The translations under genes and the position numbers were made by a program. A model generated the notes under the pieces. The model saw only the letters and a program-made list of their open reading frames with translations, did no database searches and was not told where the DNA came from. A stretch of 64,000 nucleotides of DNA from an uncultured delta proteobacterium (GTDB lineage: Bacteria; Myxococcota_A; UBA9160; UBA4427): NCBI GenBank assembly GCA_963822965.1, contig CAWGJT010000010.1, forward strand, positions 160,001 through 224,000, in the 5' to 3' direction. Positions 38,163-49,893 of this stretch are shown piece after piece. Positions within the stretch are counted from its first letter, which is position 1, and each line of letters starts with the position of its first letter.

Positions 38163-39725
38163 ATGACCCATCCCCCCGACTCCCCGATCCTCCCCCCCGC
38201 GTCCCCCGCGTCCCCCGCGTCCCCCGCGTCCCCCGCGCACCCTGTGCGCCGAATCCTGCTCACTGGGGCCAGCGGCTACGTGGGCGGCCGATTGCTCGGC
38301 AGCCTGGAGAGGGCGGGCTACCGGGTTCGCTGCCTGGCCCGCGATCCGGCTCGCATCGCGTCGCGCGTCGGGCCGACCACCGAGGTGGCTCGGGGCGACG
38401 CGGTGGAGGGGGAGGGCCTCGAGGCGGCGCTGCAGGGCGTGGACACCGCCTACTACCTGATCCACTCCATGGGAGCCGCCCACGGCTTCGAGGCCCGCGA
38501 CCGCCGAGCGGCGCTGCATTTCGGTGCCGCCGCGAAGGCGGCCGGTGTGCGGCGGATCGTCTACCTGGGCGGCCTCGCCGACGAGCAGGGCCCGCTGTCC
38601 CCGCACCTGCGCAGCCGGCTGGAGGTGGGCCGCGTCCTGCGCGGCTCGGGCGTTCCCGTGATCGAGCTGCGCGCCTCCATCGTGATCGGCTCGGGCAGCC
38701 TCTCGTTCGAGATGATCCGTTCCATCGTCGAGCATCTGCCCGTGCTGGTCACCCCGCGCTGGGTGTCGATGAAGGCCCAGCCCATCGGGATCGACGACCT
38801 GCTCGCCTACCTGCTGGCGTCGATCGAGCTGCCGCAGGCGGGCAACGCCGTCTACGAGATCGGAGGCTCCGATCGCCTCTCCTACGGAGATCTCATGCGG
38901 GAGTACGCGCGCCAGCGCGGGCTGCGCCGCGTCATGCTCCCGGTTCCCGTGCTGAGCCCGCGGCTCAGCAGCTACTGGCTCGGTCTCGTGACGCCTCTCT
39001 ACGCCCGGATCGGCCGGAAGCTGATCGACAGCATCCGACACTCCTCGGTGGTGCGGGACGATTCCGCGCGGAAGGTCTTCCGGATCGATCCGGTGGACAT
39101 CCGCACCGCCATCGCGCGCGCGCTCGAGAACGAGGAGCGAGAGTTCGCCGAGACGCGCTGGTCCGACGCGCGCTCGACCCTCGAGGACGACGGTCCGGGC
39201 TTCGGCGGGGTGCGGGTCGGGCGCCATCTGCTGGATTCGCGCAGCACCTGGCTGCCGCTGCCGCCCGAGGAAGCGTTTGCTCCCGTGCAGGCGATCGGCG
39301 GGCAGACGGGCTGGTACGCGCACGACTGGCTGTGGCGCCTGCGGGGGCTGGTCGACCTGGTGGTCGGCGGCGCCGGCATGCGCCGCGGCCGCCGGCACGC
39401 GACGGACATTCGCGTCGGCGACACCCTGGACTGCTGGCGCGTCGTCCGGCTGGAGCCGGCCCGGGTGCTGCGGCTGGAGGCCGAGATGAAGCTGCCGGGG
39501 CGGGCCTGGCTGCAGTTCGAGGTGGAGCCCGCCGGGACGGGCTCGTGCCTCCGGCAGACCGCCATCTTCCATCCCGCGGGCCTGGCCGGCCTGGCCTACT
39601 GGTACGCGATCTATCCCCTGCACGCGCTCGTGTTCCGCGGGATGCTGGCCGGCATCGCCGCCCGAGCCCGGGCGGCTTCGCGGCGGGCCGGGGCGCCTTC
39701 CGCCGCGCAGGAGATCGCCTCGTGA
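38163..39725 (+). CDS. Atypical SDR/NAD(P)-binding protein with DUF2867 (YbjT-like)
   Basis: LLTGASGYVG, YYLIHSM and GSGSLSFEM motifs; C-terminal GDTLDCWRV...AEMKLPGRAWL...GLAYWY; true start may be the GTG at 38244. Confidence 0.88.
   Translation: MTHPPDSPILPPASPASPASPASPAHPVRRILLTGASGYVGGRLLGSLERAGYRVRCLARDPARIASRVGPTTEVARGDAVEGEGLEAALQGVDTAYYLIHSMGAAHGFEARDRRAALHFGAAAKAAGVRRIVYLGGLADEQGPLSPHLRSRLEVGRVLRGSGVPVIELRASIVIGSGSLSFEMIRSIVEHLPVLVTPRWVSMKAQPIGIDDLLAYLLASIELPQAGNAVYEIGGSDRLSYGDLMREYARQRGLRRVMLPVPVLSPRLSSYWLGLVTPLYARIGRKLIDSIRHSSVVRDDSARKVFRIDPVDIRTAIARALENEEREFAETRWSDARSTLEDDGPGFGGVRVGRHLLDSRSTWLPLPPEEAFAPVQAIGGQTGWYAHDWLWRLRGLVDLVVGGAGMRRGRRHATDIRVGDTLDCWRVVRLEPARVLRLEAEMKLPGRAWLQFEVEPAGTGSCLRQTAIFHPAGLAGLAYWYAIYPLHALVFRGMLAGIAARARAASRRAGAPSAAQEIAS
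38194..38237 (+). repeat. 9-bp tandem repeat (cccccgcgt), about 5 copies
   Basis: Encodes PAS-PAS-PAS at the N-terminus; G5 runs on the minus strand. Confidence 0.85.
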
Positions 39726-41287
39726 GAACCGCGACCCGCCTCGCGCCGATCCGGCTCGCCACGCCCGAGGGAGAGGAGGTGGCCCTGGGCTCCCTGTGGA
39801 GCGAGCGCACCGTGGTGCTGGTCTTCCTCCGCCACTTCGGCTGACTGTTCTGCCGCGAGCAGATCACGCAGTTGCGTGAGCACATCCAGGAGATCCGCGG
39901 GCGTGACGCCGAGCTCGTCGTCGTGGGGAACGGGGCGCCGCACTTCGCCCGCAGCTTCCGGGAGGACTTCGATCTCGATGGTCCGCTCCTCGTCGATCCC
40001 GATCTGGTGGCGTATCGCGCAGCCGGTCTGCGGCGCGGGCGCGTGGAGCTGCTCTCGCCGCGGCTCCCGGGCAGCGCCCTGCGCGCGCTCGCGAGTGGAG
40101 CGCGGCAGGCCGGCGTCCAGGGCGATCCCTGGCAGCTCGGGGGTGTGTTCGTGATCCGTCCGGGAGGTGAGCTCGTCTATCGGCACGTGAGCGGCGACGC
40201 GGGCGACCACCCGCCCGTCGAGGAGATCCTGGACGCCCTCGTCGATCCCCGGCGTCGCGTCGACGAGGATGTCCCGGCTTCCCGCGCGGCCCAGCTGCTG
40301 GGCCGGGGCCTGGGTCGCCTGGTCGACCCCCTGATCGTGCCGTCGTTCGATCGGACCGGCTTCCGGATCCACTCCCTGGCATTCGATCCCGGCGATCTCG
40401 CGGTGGACCTGGCGGGTCGTCGTTGCGTCGTCACGGGCGCGAATTCGGGGATCGGATTCGAGACCGCCCTGGCGCTCGCCGACCTCGGCGCGGACGTCGT
40501 GCTGGTGTGCCGCGACGAGGGGCGGGGCCGAGAGGCCTTGGAGCGCATCCGGGAGGCGACCGGCAGCCGACGGGTCTCGTTGGAGCGGGCGGACGTCTCG
40601 GACCTCGCGTCGGTGCGCGCGCTGGCCGATCGCCTCGGCCCGTCGGCGGTGGACGTGCTGGTGCACAACGCGGGCGTGCTGCCCGACGACCGCCGGACGA
40701 CCGCCGACGGTCTCGAGCTGGCCTTCGCGACCCACGTGGCGGGCCCCTTCCTGCTCACCATGCTGCTGCGGTCGCGCCTCGAGGCGTCCCCGGACGCACG
40801 CGTGGTGTGGGTGAGCTCCGGCGGCATGTACACGCGCCGGCTCCGGGTGGACGACTGCGGCTGGCGCGAGCGGGACTACGACGGCGTCACCGCCTACGCC
40901 GAGACGAAGCGCGCCCAGGTGGTGCTCGCAGAGATGTGGGCGCAGGCTCTCGCCGGCACCGGAGTCGTGGTCAACGCCATGCACCCGGGTTGGGCGGACA
41001 CGCCCGCGGTCCGCAGCTCGCTGCCGGCCTTCCACCGGGTGATGCGCCGCGTGTTGCGAACGCCCGCCGAGGGCGCCGACACCGTGGTGTGGTTGGCCGC
41101 GTCGGAGCGGGGCCGCGAGCGATCCGGTGAGCTCTACTTCGACCGCGAGCCGCGTCGCAAGCACCTGCTGCCCTGGACCCGCGAATCCGCGGCCGATCGG
41201 TCCGCCCTGTGGGCGCTGTGCGAGCGACTCACCCGGGCAGGGCGACAACGCGCGGATGCGGACCGGCGCGCCCGGGGGCGGCGATGA
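39722..41287 (+). CDS. Probable selenoprotein: AhpC/TSA-2 (PRXL2/SelU-like) UxxC domain fused to a DHRS12-like SDR
   Basis: GTG start overlapping the upstream stop; VLVFLRHFG-TGA(39842-39844)-LFCREQ continues in frame into the 39872 ORF; SECIS-like hairpin; SDR motifs TGANSGIG, HNAG and YAETK. Confidence 0.85.
39845..39882 (+). promoter_or_regulatory. Candidate bacterial SECIS element
   Basis: Stem TCACGC-AGTT-GCGTGA at 39864-39879, loop about 25 nt after the UGA with G as second loop base. Confidence 0.7.
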
Positions 41288-42699
41288 TCCGCGGCATCCA
41301 CTGGTTTCGCCGGGACCTGCGCCTGCGGGACAACGCGGCGCTGAACGCCCTGGCCGAGCGCGCGGAGGCCTTCCTGCCGGTCTTCGTGGTGGACCCGCGG
41401 CTGGTGGGCGAAGGGGCTCGGGAGATGCCCCGGGTGCGCTTCCTCTTCGACTGCCTGGAACGCCTCGGCGCCGAGCTCGACGAACGGGGGATCCCGCTCG
41501 TGGTGCGCGAGGGTCGTCCCGAGGAGGTGATCCCCAAGCTCATGAAGGACACGGGAGCGACGCTGCTCTCGTTCGGCTCGGGCGTCTCCCCGTTCGCGTG
41601 CCGGCGGGACGAGCGGGTCGCCAAGGCCGTCGCGCGCCAGGGGGGCGACGTGCTGACGCGGCAGGACGACGTGGTTCTCGCGGACGGCAGCCTGCGCAGC
41701 CAGTCCGGGGACGCCTATCGAGTGTATACCCCGTATCGCAACGCGTGGTGGAAGCGCTTCGACGAGAGCGCGCCCCTGCCGGCGGCAGGCGCGCGCCTGC
41801 CCGCGCCGATTCCCGGCTTCGAAGGAGACCGGGCGCCAGTGCTGCTGGATCGGTCGCTCGAGGAGACCCGCATCGGTCTGCCCACCGGGGGCGAACGCGC
41901 GGCGCGGCGCCGGCTCGCCACCTTTCTCGAGACCGGGGTCGAACGCTATGCGACGGACCGCGATCGACCGGACCTGGACGGCACCTCGCGGCTCTCTCCC
42001 TACCTTCGCTTCGGCGCGATCTCGGCGCGCCAGTGCGTGGCATCTGCCCTCGAGGCGCGGAACGCCCGGCCGGCGCTCCGTCCCGGCGTCGCCAAGTGGC
42101 TGGACGAGATCGTGTGGCGCGAGTTCTACGCCGACCTGCTGCGCGCGAGCCCGCGACTGCTGTCCCGGAGCTGGCGCCCGGAGTACGACGCGATGGAGTG
42201 GGACCACGATCCCGAGGGCCTGGCGGCCTGGGCCGAGGGGCGCACGGGCTTTCCCATCGTCGACGCCGGCATGCGCCAGCTTCGCCAGACCGGGTGGATG
42301 CACAACCGGGTACGCATGATCGTGGCCAGCTTCCTCACGAAGGATCTGCTGATCGACTGGCGCGAGGGGGCGCGCGTCTTCCTGGACCTGCTGGTGGACG
42401 GCGACCCCGCCTCGAACGCCGGGGGCTGGCAGTGGGCGGCGTCCACGGGAGCCGACGCACAGCCCTACTTCCGCATCTTCAACCCGGTCTCCCAGGGGAG
42501 GCGGTACGATCCCGAGGGTCGATACGTGCGGAAGTACGTTCCGGAGCTGCGCCGGGCACCCGACGCCGCGATCCACGCGCCCTGGGAGATGGAGCGGCCG
42601 CCGCGCCGCTACCCTTCGCCCATCGTGGACCACGCCGCGCGACGGCGTCTCGCGCTGGAACGCTTCGGCCGGGTGCGGTCTCCGTCGGAGGAACGATGA
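41284..42699 (+). CDS. phrB: Deoxyribodipyrimidine (CPD) photolyase
   Basis: WFRRDLRLRDN, TSRLSPYLRFG, WREFY, GWMHNRVRM, NAGGWQW and FRIFNP motifs. Confidence 0.95.
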   Translation: MIRGIHWFRRDLRLRDNAALNALAERAEAFLPVFVVDPRLVGEGAREMPRVRFLFDCLERLGAELDERGIPLVVREGRPEEVIPKLMKDTGATLLSFGSGVSPFACRRDERVAKAVARQGGDVLTRQDDVVLADGSLRSQSGDAYRVYTPYRNAWWKRFDESAPLPAAGARLPAPIPGFEGDRAPVLLDRSLEETRIGLPTGGERAARRRLATFLETGVERYATDRDRPDLDGTSRLSPYLRFGAISARQCVASALEARNARPALRPGVAKWLDEIVWREFYADLLRASPRLLSRSWRPEYDAMEWDHDPEGLAAWAEGRTGFPIVDAGMRQLRQTGWMHNRVRMIVASFLTKDLLIDWREGARVFLDLLVDGDPASNAGGWQWAASTGADAQPYFRIFNPVSQGRRYDPEGRYVRKYVPELRRAPDAAIHAPWEMERPPRRYPSPIVDHAARRRLALERFGRVRSPSEER

Positions 42700-43715
42700 A
42701 GGGCGCGACGAAGAGCCGCACAAAGGCGCCGGCCGGGAGCGCGCCGTTCCGGTTCGGGAGCGAGGAGCCGATCCGGCTCGGGGTCTCCTCCTGTCTGCTG
42801 GGGAATGCGGTGCGCTTCGACGGCGGTCACAAGCACGACCGCTTCGTGACCGACGGACTCGGTGCCTTCGTCGAGTGGGTGTCCGTGTGCCCCGAGCTCG
42901 AGGCCGGTCTCGGCGTGCCGCGTCCCGCCATGCGTCTGGTGGAGGACGGCGACGATCGCGGCGTGCGACTGGTGGAGACGGCGTCCGGCCTGGACCATAC
43001 CGCCGCCATGGAGCGCTACACACAGAAGCGCGTCCGGGCGCTGCGCAACCTCGGCCTGTGCGGCTACGTCCTGAAGAAGGGCTCGCCGAGCTGCGGCATG
43101 GAGCGGGTGCGCGTACATCCGGCGGGCGGCGGGATGCCCCGCAACGACGGTCGGGGGGTGTTCGCGGCGGTGCTGATGGCGGCGCTTCCCAGCCTGCCCG
43201 TCGAGGAGGAAGGGCGGCTCAATGATCCCGTGCTGCGCGAGAATTTCATCGAGCGGGTCTTCGCGTACCGCCGCCTGCAGGACGTCTTCCAGGGGCGCTG
43301 GACCAATGGGCAGGTGGTCCGCTTCCACACCGCGCACAAGCTGCAGCTGATGGCCCACTCGCCTTCGGCCTATCGCGAGCTCGGCCGCCTCGTGGCGGAG
43401 GTCAAGCAGCGACCGCGGGCGATCTTCCGGGACCTCTACTGCGATCTCTTCATGCAGGCCATGCGCCGACGGGCGTCCCGGGGACGCAACGCCAACGTAC
43501 TCCAGCACGCGGCCGGTCACCTGAAGCACATCGACGCGGGCGCGCGCCAGGAGCTGGCCCACCTGATCCACGACTATCGCGAGGGGCTGGTGCCGCTGGT
43601 GGTGCCGGTCACCCTGCTGCGGCACCACACCCGCACCTGGAACGTCGAGTACCTGAACGGCCAGACCTACCTCGAGCCTCATCCCAAGGAGCTGATGCTC
43701 CGAAACCACGTCTGA
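42696..43715 (+). CDS. ybgA: DUF523 + DUF1722 protein (YbgA-like)
   Basis: GVSSCLLG..VRFDGGHK, VCPE, KKGSPSCG, EEEGRL, FHTAHK and QTYLEPHP motifs. Confidence 0.9.
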   Translation: MKGATKSRTKAPAGSAPFRFGSEEPIRLGVSSCLLGNAVRFDGGHKHDRFVTDGLGAFVEWVSVCPELEAGLGVPRPAMRLVEDGDDRGVRLVETASGLDHTAAMERYTQKRVRALRNLGLCGYVLKKGSPSCGMERVRVHPAGGGMPRNDGRGVFAAVLMAALPSLPVEEEGRLNDPVLRENFIERVFAYRRLQDVFQGRWTNGQVVRFHTAHKLQLMAHSPSAYRELGRLVAEVKQRPRAIFRDLYCDLFMQAMRRRASRGRNANVLQHAAGHLKHIDAGARQELAHLIHDYREGLVPLVVPVTLLRHHTRTWNVEYLNGQTYLEPHPKELMLRNHV

Positions 43716-43769
43716 GGCGCAACGAAGACGAGCCGCGAGGCGGCGCATGCCGGGAAGACCCCTGTCCGT

Positions 43770-43828
43770 GAGAACCATGTCGGGAGAATCCATGTCGGGA
43801 GAATCCATGTCGGGAGAATCCATGTCCG
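43770..43828 (+). repeat. 15-bp tandem repeat, 4 copies, each with an in-frame ATG (copies 2-4 also with an RBS)
   Basis: gagaa(t)ccatgtcgg x4; ATGs at 43777, 43792, 43807 and 43822. Confidence 0.9.
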
Positions 43829-44508
43829 AAAGACGTCCGTCCGGAAGCGAGAAGAGCCCGCGCGCGTTCGCGCTGGGGCTGCTCCTCGCGCTCGTAGTGG
43901 CCGTGACGCCCGTCCGGGTGCTGGCGGCGCGCATCGAGGGCGTGGAGTTCGCCGAGCGGGTCGATCTCGGCGATACGGAGCTCGCGCTGCACGGCCTGGC
44001 GTTGCTCCGCTACCGGGTGCTCTTCAAGGGCTACGTGGCGGCGCTGTACCTGGAGCCCGCGGTCTCGGCCGAGCAGGTGCTGAGCGATGTGCCGCGGCGC
44101 CTCGAGATCGAGTACTTCTGGTCGATTCCGGCGACGGGCTTCGTGCGCGCCACCTTCGAGGGCATCGAGAAGAACGTCGATCTCGAAACGTGGCGCGCGC
44201 TGCAGCCGCGCATCGAGCGCTTCAGTCGCTTGTACGCCGACGTGCGCCCGGGAGACCGCTACCAGCTCACCTACCTGCCCGGGCGGGGAACGGAGCTGGC
44301 GCTGAACGGCAGGCCGCGCGGCGTGGTGGAAGGCGCCGACTTCGCCGCCGCGCTGTTCTCGATCTGGCTCGGCCAGGAGCCCTTCGACGCGTCGCTGAAG
44401 CAGCAGCTCCTCGAAGGCACCCCTGCCGCGCGGCAAACGCGGGTGGAGCCCGCTTGTCCGCGGGAGGAGAGCGGGGAGAAGGAGGCAGAATGCAGTCCGA
44501 GAACGTGA
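43777..44508 (+). CDS. Secreted chalcone-isomerase-like fold protein
   Basis: Signal peptide; L.L.G..LRY..LFKGYVAALYL, DVRPGDRY and DFAAALFSIWLG motifs; any of the four ATGs could be the start. Confidence 0.85.
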   Translation: MSGESMSGESMSGESMSERRPSGSEKSPRAFALGLLLALVVAVTPVRVLAARIEGVEFAERVDLGDTELALHGLALLRYRVLFKGYVAALYLEPAVSAEQVLSDVPRRLEIEYFWSIPATGFVRATFEGIEKNVDLETWRALQPRIERFSRLYADVRPGDRYQLTYLPGRGTELALNGRPRGVVEGADFAAALFSIWLGQEPFDASLKQQLLEGTPAARQTRVEPACPREESGEKEAECSPRT

Positions 44509-45062
44509 GCGCCGGCAATCCGTCCCTGGCGCCGGGTGTGGCGCTCTTCGTCGCGATCAACGTGCTGGGAGGTGCGGCGGTGCTCGGCTCCTACGCCTGG
44601 GGGCTCCTGTCCCGGCCGGACTCGGCGGCGGCGCTGTGGGGCGGGGTGCCCGAAGCGGCGCGCTCGCTCTACACCGTCAACATGTTCCTGGCGGCGTTCG
44701 GGTACTTCCTGTTCACGGCGTACTTCCTGCGGCGGCTGCCCGCGGCGCCGCGGGTGGCGGGTCGTCCGCTCCTCGTCGCGGTCTCGCTCTGCTACGCGGC
44801 CATCCTCGTTGCGTCGGCCGCCTGGCTTCCGCTCACGGCCGCGATGGTGACGAGCCCGAGCCCGGCGCTCTGGTGGATCGTGCGGGCCGACCTGTTCGCG
44901 GTGGCCGCAGGCGCCCTCGGCCTCGTCGCCTGCGTGCTGCTGGAAGAGCCGGCTGGCAGCACGCGGGCGCGCGTGACGGCGGGGGTGGGGCTGCTTCCGT
45001 TCTGTCTGCAGACGGTGGTGCTCGACGCGCTGGTCTGGCCGGCGTTCTTTCCAGCCGCCTGA
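44490..45062 (+). CDS. Hypothetical integral membrane protein
   Basis: About 5 hydrophobic helices; LWGGVP and VLDALVW; AGGAGG RBS. Confidence 0.7.
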   Translation: MQSENVSAGNPSLAPGVALFVAINVLGGAAVLGSYAWGLLSRPDSAAALWGGVPEAARSLYTVNMFLAAFGYFLFTAYFLRRLPAAPRVAGRPLLVAVSLCYAAILVASAAWLPLTAAMVTSPSPALWWIVRADLFAVAAGALGLVACVLLEEPAGSTRARVTAGVGLLPFCLQTVVLDALVWPAFFPAA

Positions 45063-45208
45063 CGGCTCCCTTCTCCCGACTCCCGCTTCTCCCGACGGAA
45101 GCGGGCGCGATACGGCCGGACCTTCCGGCTCGCACGGAACAGGCCCCCTGCCTGCTCCCGTCATCCTCGCGGCGCGGGCATCGAGGCGGCCCGCCGTCGC
45201 CGTCTTCG

Positions 45209-47392
<2,184 letters not shown>

Positions 47393-47470
47393 GGATCGGA
47401 TTCCTCTTCGGTCCCGGCCGGGAAGGAGCGTTCGCGGGCGGCCGGCGGATCCGCCCGTCTCCTTCCCGGT

Positions 47471-47486
47471 AGCAAGGAGCGTGCCC
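47471..47486 (-). promoter_or_regulatory. Sigma-54 (-24/-12) promoter for GSIII
   Basis: Minus strand reads gGGCACGctccTTGCT, about 80 nt upstream of the GSIII ATG. Confidence 0.7.
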
Positions 47487-47678
47487 GGGCGGCCGGTGGC
47501 AGCCACGGCGTTCTGCGGCCCAGGAAGGCCGATTTCGGAACGATCGGGCCGGCCGCGGCTGCCCGGCGAATGACGCCGCCCGCCTCGTTTCGCGTCAGCG
47601 CCGCGGGGAGCCCCGCGCGCCTGGCGGCTTGCAGCGGCGGCCGTTCTGGCCGACACATACGCCCGGAGGAGGCAGCCC

Positions 47679-49205
47679 ATCGAACCGATCGTCCAGCTCG
47701 TGATCTTCGGCGGGGGCGGGGATCTCACCCGGCAGAAGCTCGTGCCGGCGCTGATCCGCCTCCACCGGTCGGGCCATCTCCCGAAGGGCGTGCAGGTGAT
47801 CGCCGTCGGGCGGCGCGCCAACGCCGACGACGCGTTTCGCGCGGACCTGCGCGAATCGCTGGACGACGAATCCGCCAAGGCGCTCGACGGGCTGGCGCCC
47901 GCGCTCTTCTACCGCCGCGGCGACGTCGAGGACGCCGCCTCGCTCGGCCGCCTGCGCACGGAGCTCGACGGGCTCTCCCCGACCGGCACGCCCGAGGTGG
48001 CGCGGCTCTTCTACCTGGCGCTCAGCCCGGAGCTCTTTGCCCGGGCGGTGCGCAACCTGGTGATGGCCGGGCTCCTCTACCGCCACGAGCTGCAGGACCG
48101 CGTCTTCCGTCGCATCGTGGTCGAGAAGCCCTTCGGCAACGACCTGCGGAGCGCGCGCGAGCTGAACGACACGCTGCACGACCAGCTCAACGAGCACCAG
48201 ATCTTCCGCATCGATCACTACCTCGGCAAGGAGACGGTGCAGAACCTGCTCGGTCTGCGCTTCCACAACGCGATCTTCGAGCCGCTGTGGAACCGCCACC
48301 ACGTCGAGCTCGTGCAGATCACCGTGGCGGAGTCCATCGGCATGACCTCCGGCCGCGCCGCCTACTACGACGGCACGGGCGCCGTGCGCGACATGCTGCA
48401 GAACCACATGCTGCAGGTGCTCTCGTTGGTGGCCATGGAGCCCCCGGTCTCGCTGGCCGCCGAGGCGATCCGCAACAACAAGGTGGAGGTCCTGCGGGCG
48501 CTGGTGGAGCCCGACGCCGAGGACGTCGCCCGCCACTGCGTGCGTGCGCGCTACACGGCCGGGCGGGTCGACGACCGGCCGGTCGTGGGATACCTCGAAG
48601 AGGAGGGCGTGCCGCCGGACTCCCGCACCGAGACCTACGTGGCCGTCCGCGCCGAGATCGACAACTGGCGCTGGAGCGGCGTGCCCTTCCTGCTCCGCCA
48701 CGGCAAGCGGCTCGCGCGGCGCTTCACCGAGGTGCAGGTGCAGTTCCGCACCCCGCCGCTGCAGCTCTTCAACCGTCCGCCGGGCATGAGCGCCGCCGAG
48801 CTGCGCCGGCAGGTTCGCGACGGCAATCTCTGCCTGATCCGGCCCAACGTGCTGACCATCGGCATCCAGCCCCACGAGACCATCAGCCTCTCGTTCGGCG
48901 TGAAGCAGCCCGGTCCGCAGATGGTCATGCGGCCGGCCACCCTGGGCTTCGACTATCGCGAGCAGTTCGGCCAGACGACCGCGCCCGCCTACGAGCGCCT
49001 GCTGCTCGACGCGCTGCAGGGCGACGCCACCCTGTTCCTGCGCTCCGACGAGATCGAGGCGAGCTGGGGCTACTGCGACGCCCTGCGCGCGGGCTGGACG
49101 GCCTCGGGCGCCCCGCCGCTGCAGGAGTACCCGGCGGGCTCCTGGGGGCCGCCGGAGGCGAACGGCCTCTTCTACGGCTGCGAGGGCGGCTGGAGCAGCG
49201 GGTAG
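47679..49205 (+). CDS. zwf: Glucose-6-phosphate 1-dehydrogenase
   Basis: [28 protein letters not shown] and RDMLQNH motifs; strong SD points to ATC at 47679 (alternative GTG at 47700). Confidence 0.95.
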   Translation: MEPIVQLVIFGGGGDLTRQKLVPALIRLHRSGHLPKGVQVIAVGRRANADDAFRADLRESLDDESAKALDGLAPALFYRRGDVEDAASLGRLRTELDGLSPTGTPEVARLFYLALSPELFARAVRNLVMAGLLYRHELQDRVFRRIVVEKPFGNDLRSARELNDTLHDQLNEHQIFRIDHYLGKETVQNLLGLRFHNAIFEPLWNRHHVELVQITVAESIGMTSGRAAYYDGTGAVRDMLQNHMLQVLSLVAMEPPVSLAAEAIRNNKVEVLRALVEPDAEDVARHCVRARYTAGRVDDRPVVGYLEEEGVPPDSRTETYVAVRAEIDNWRWSGVPFLLRHGKRLARRFTEVQVQFRTPPLQLFNRPPGMSAAELRRQVRDGNLCLIRPNVLTIGIQPHETISLSFGVKQPGPQMVMRPATLGFDYREQFGQTTAPAYERLLLDALQGDATLFLRSDEIEASWGYCDALRAGWTASGAPPLQEYPAGSWGPPEANGLFYGCEGGWSSG

Positions 49206-49212
49206 CGGGGTC

Positions 49213-49889
<677 letters not shown>

Positions 49890-49893
<4 letters not shown>

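Noticed and set aside
39842..39844. Nonsense mutation or pseudogene at the TGA
   Set aside because: The TGA falls exactly at the first Cys position of a CxxC-type motif and is followed by a SECIS-like hairpin, so Sec is the better explanation, pending a check for sel genes
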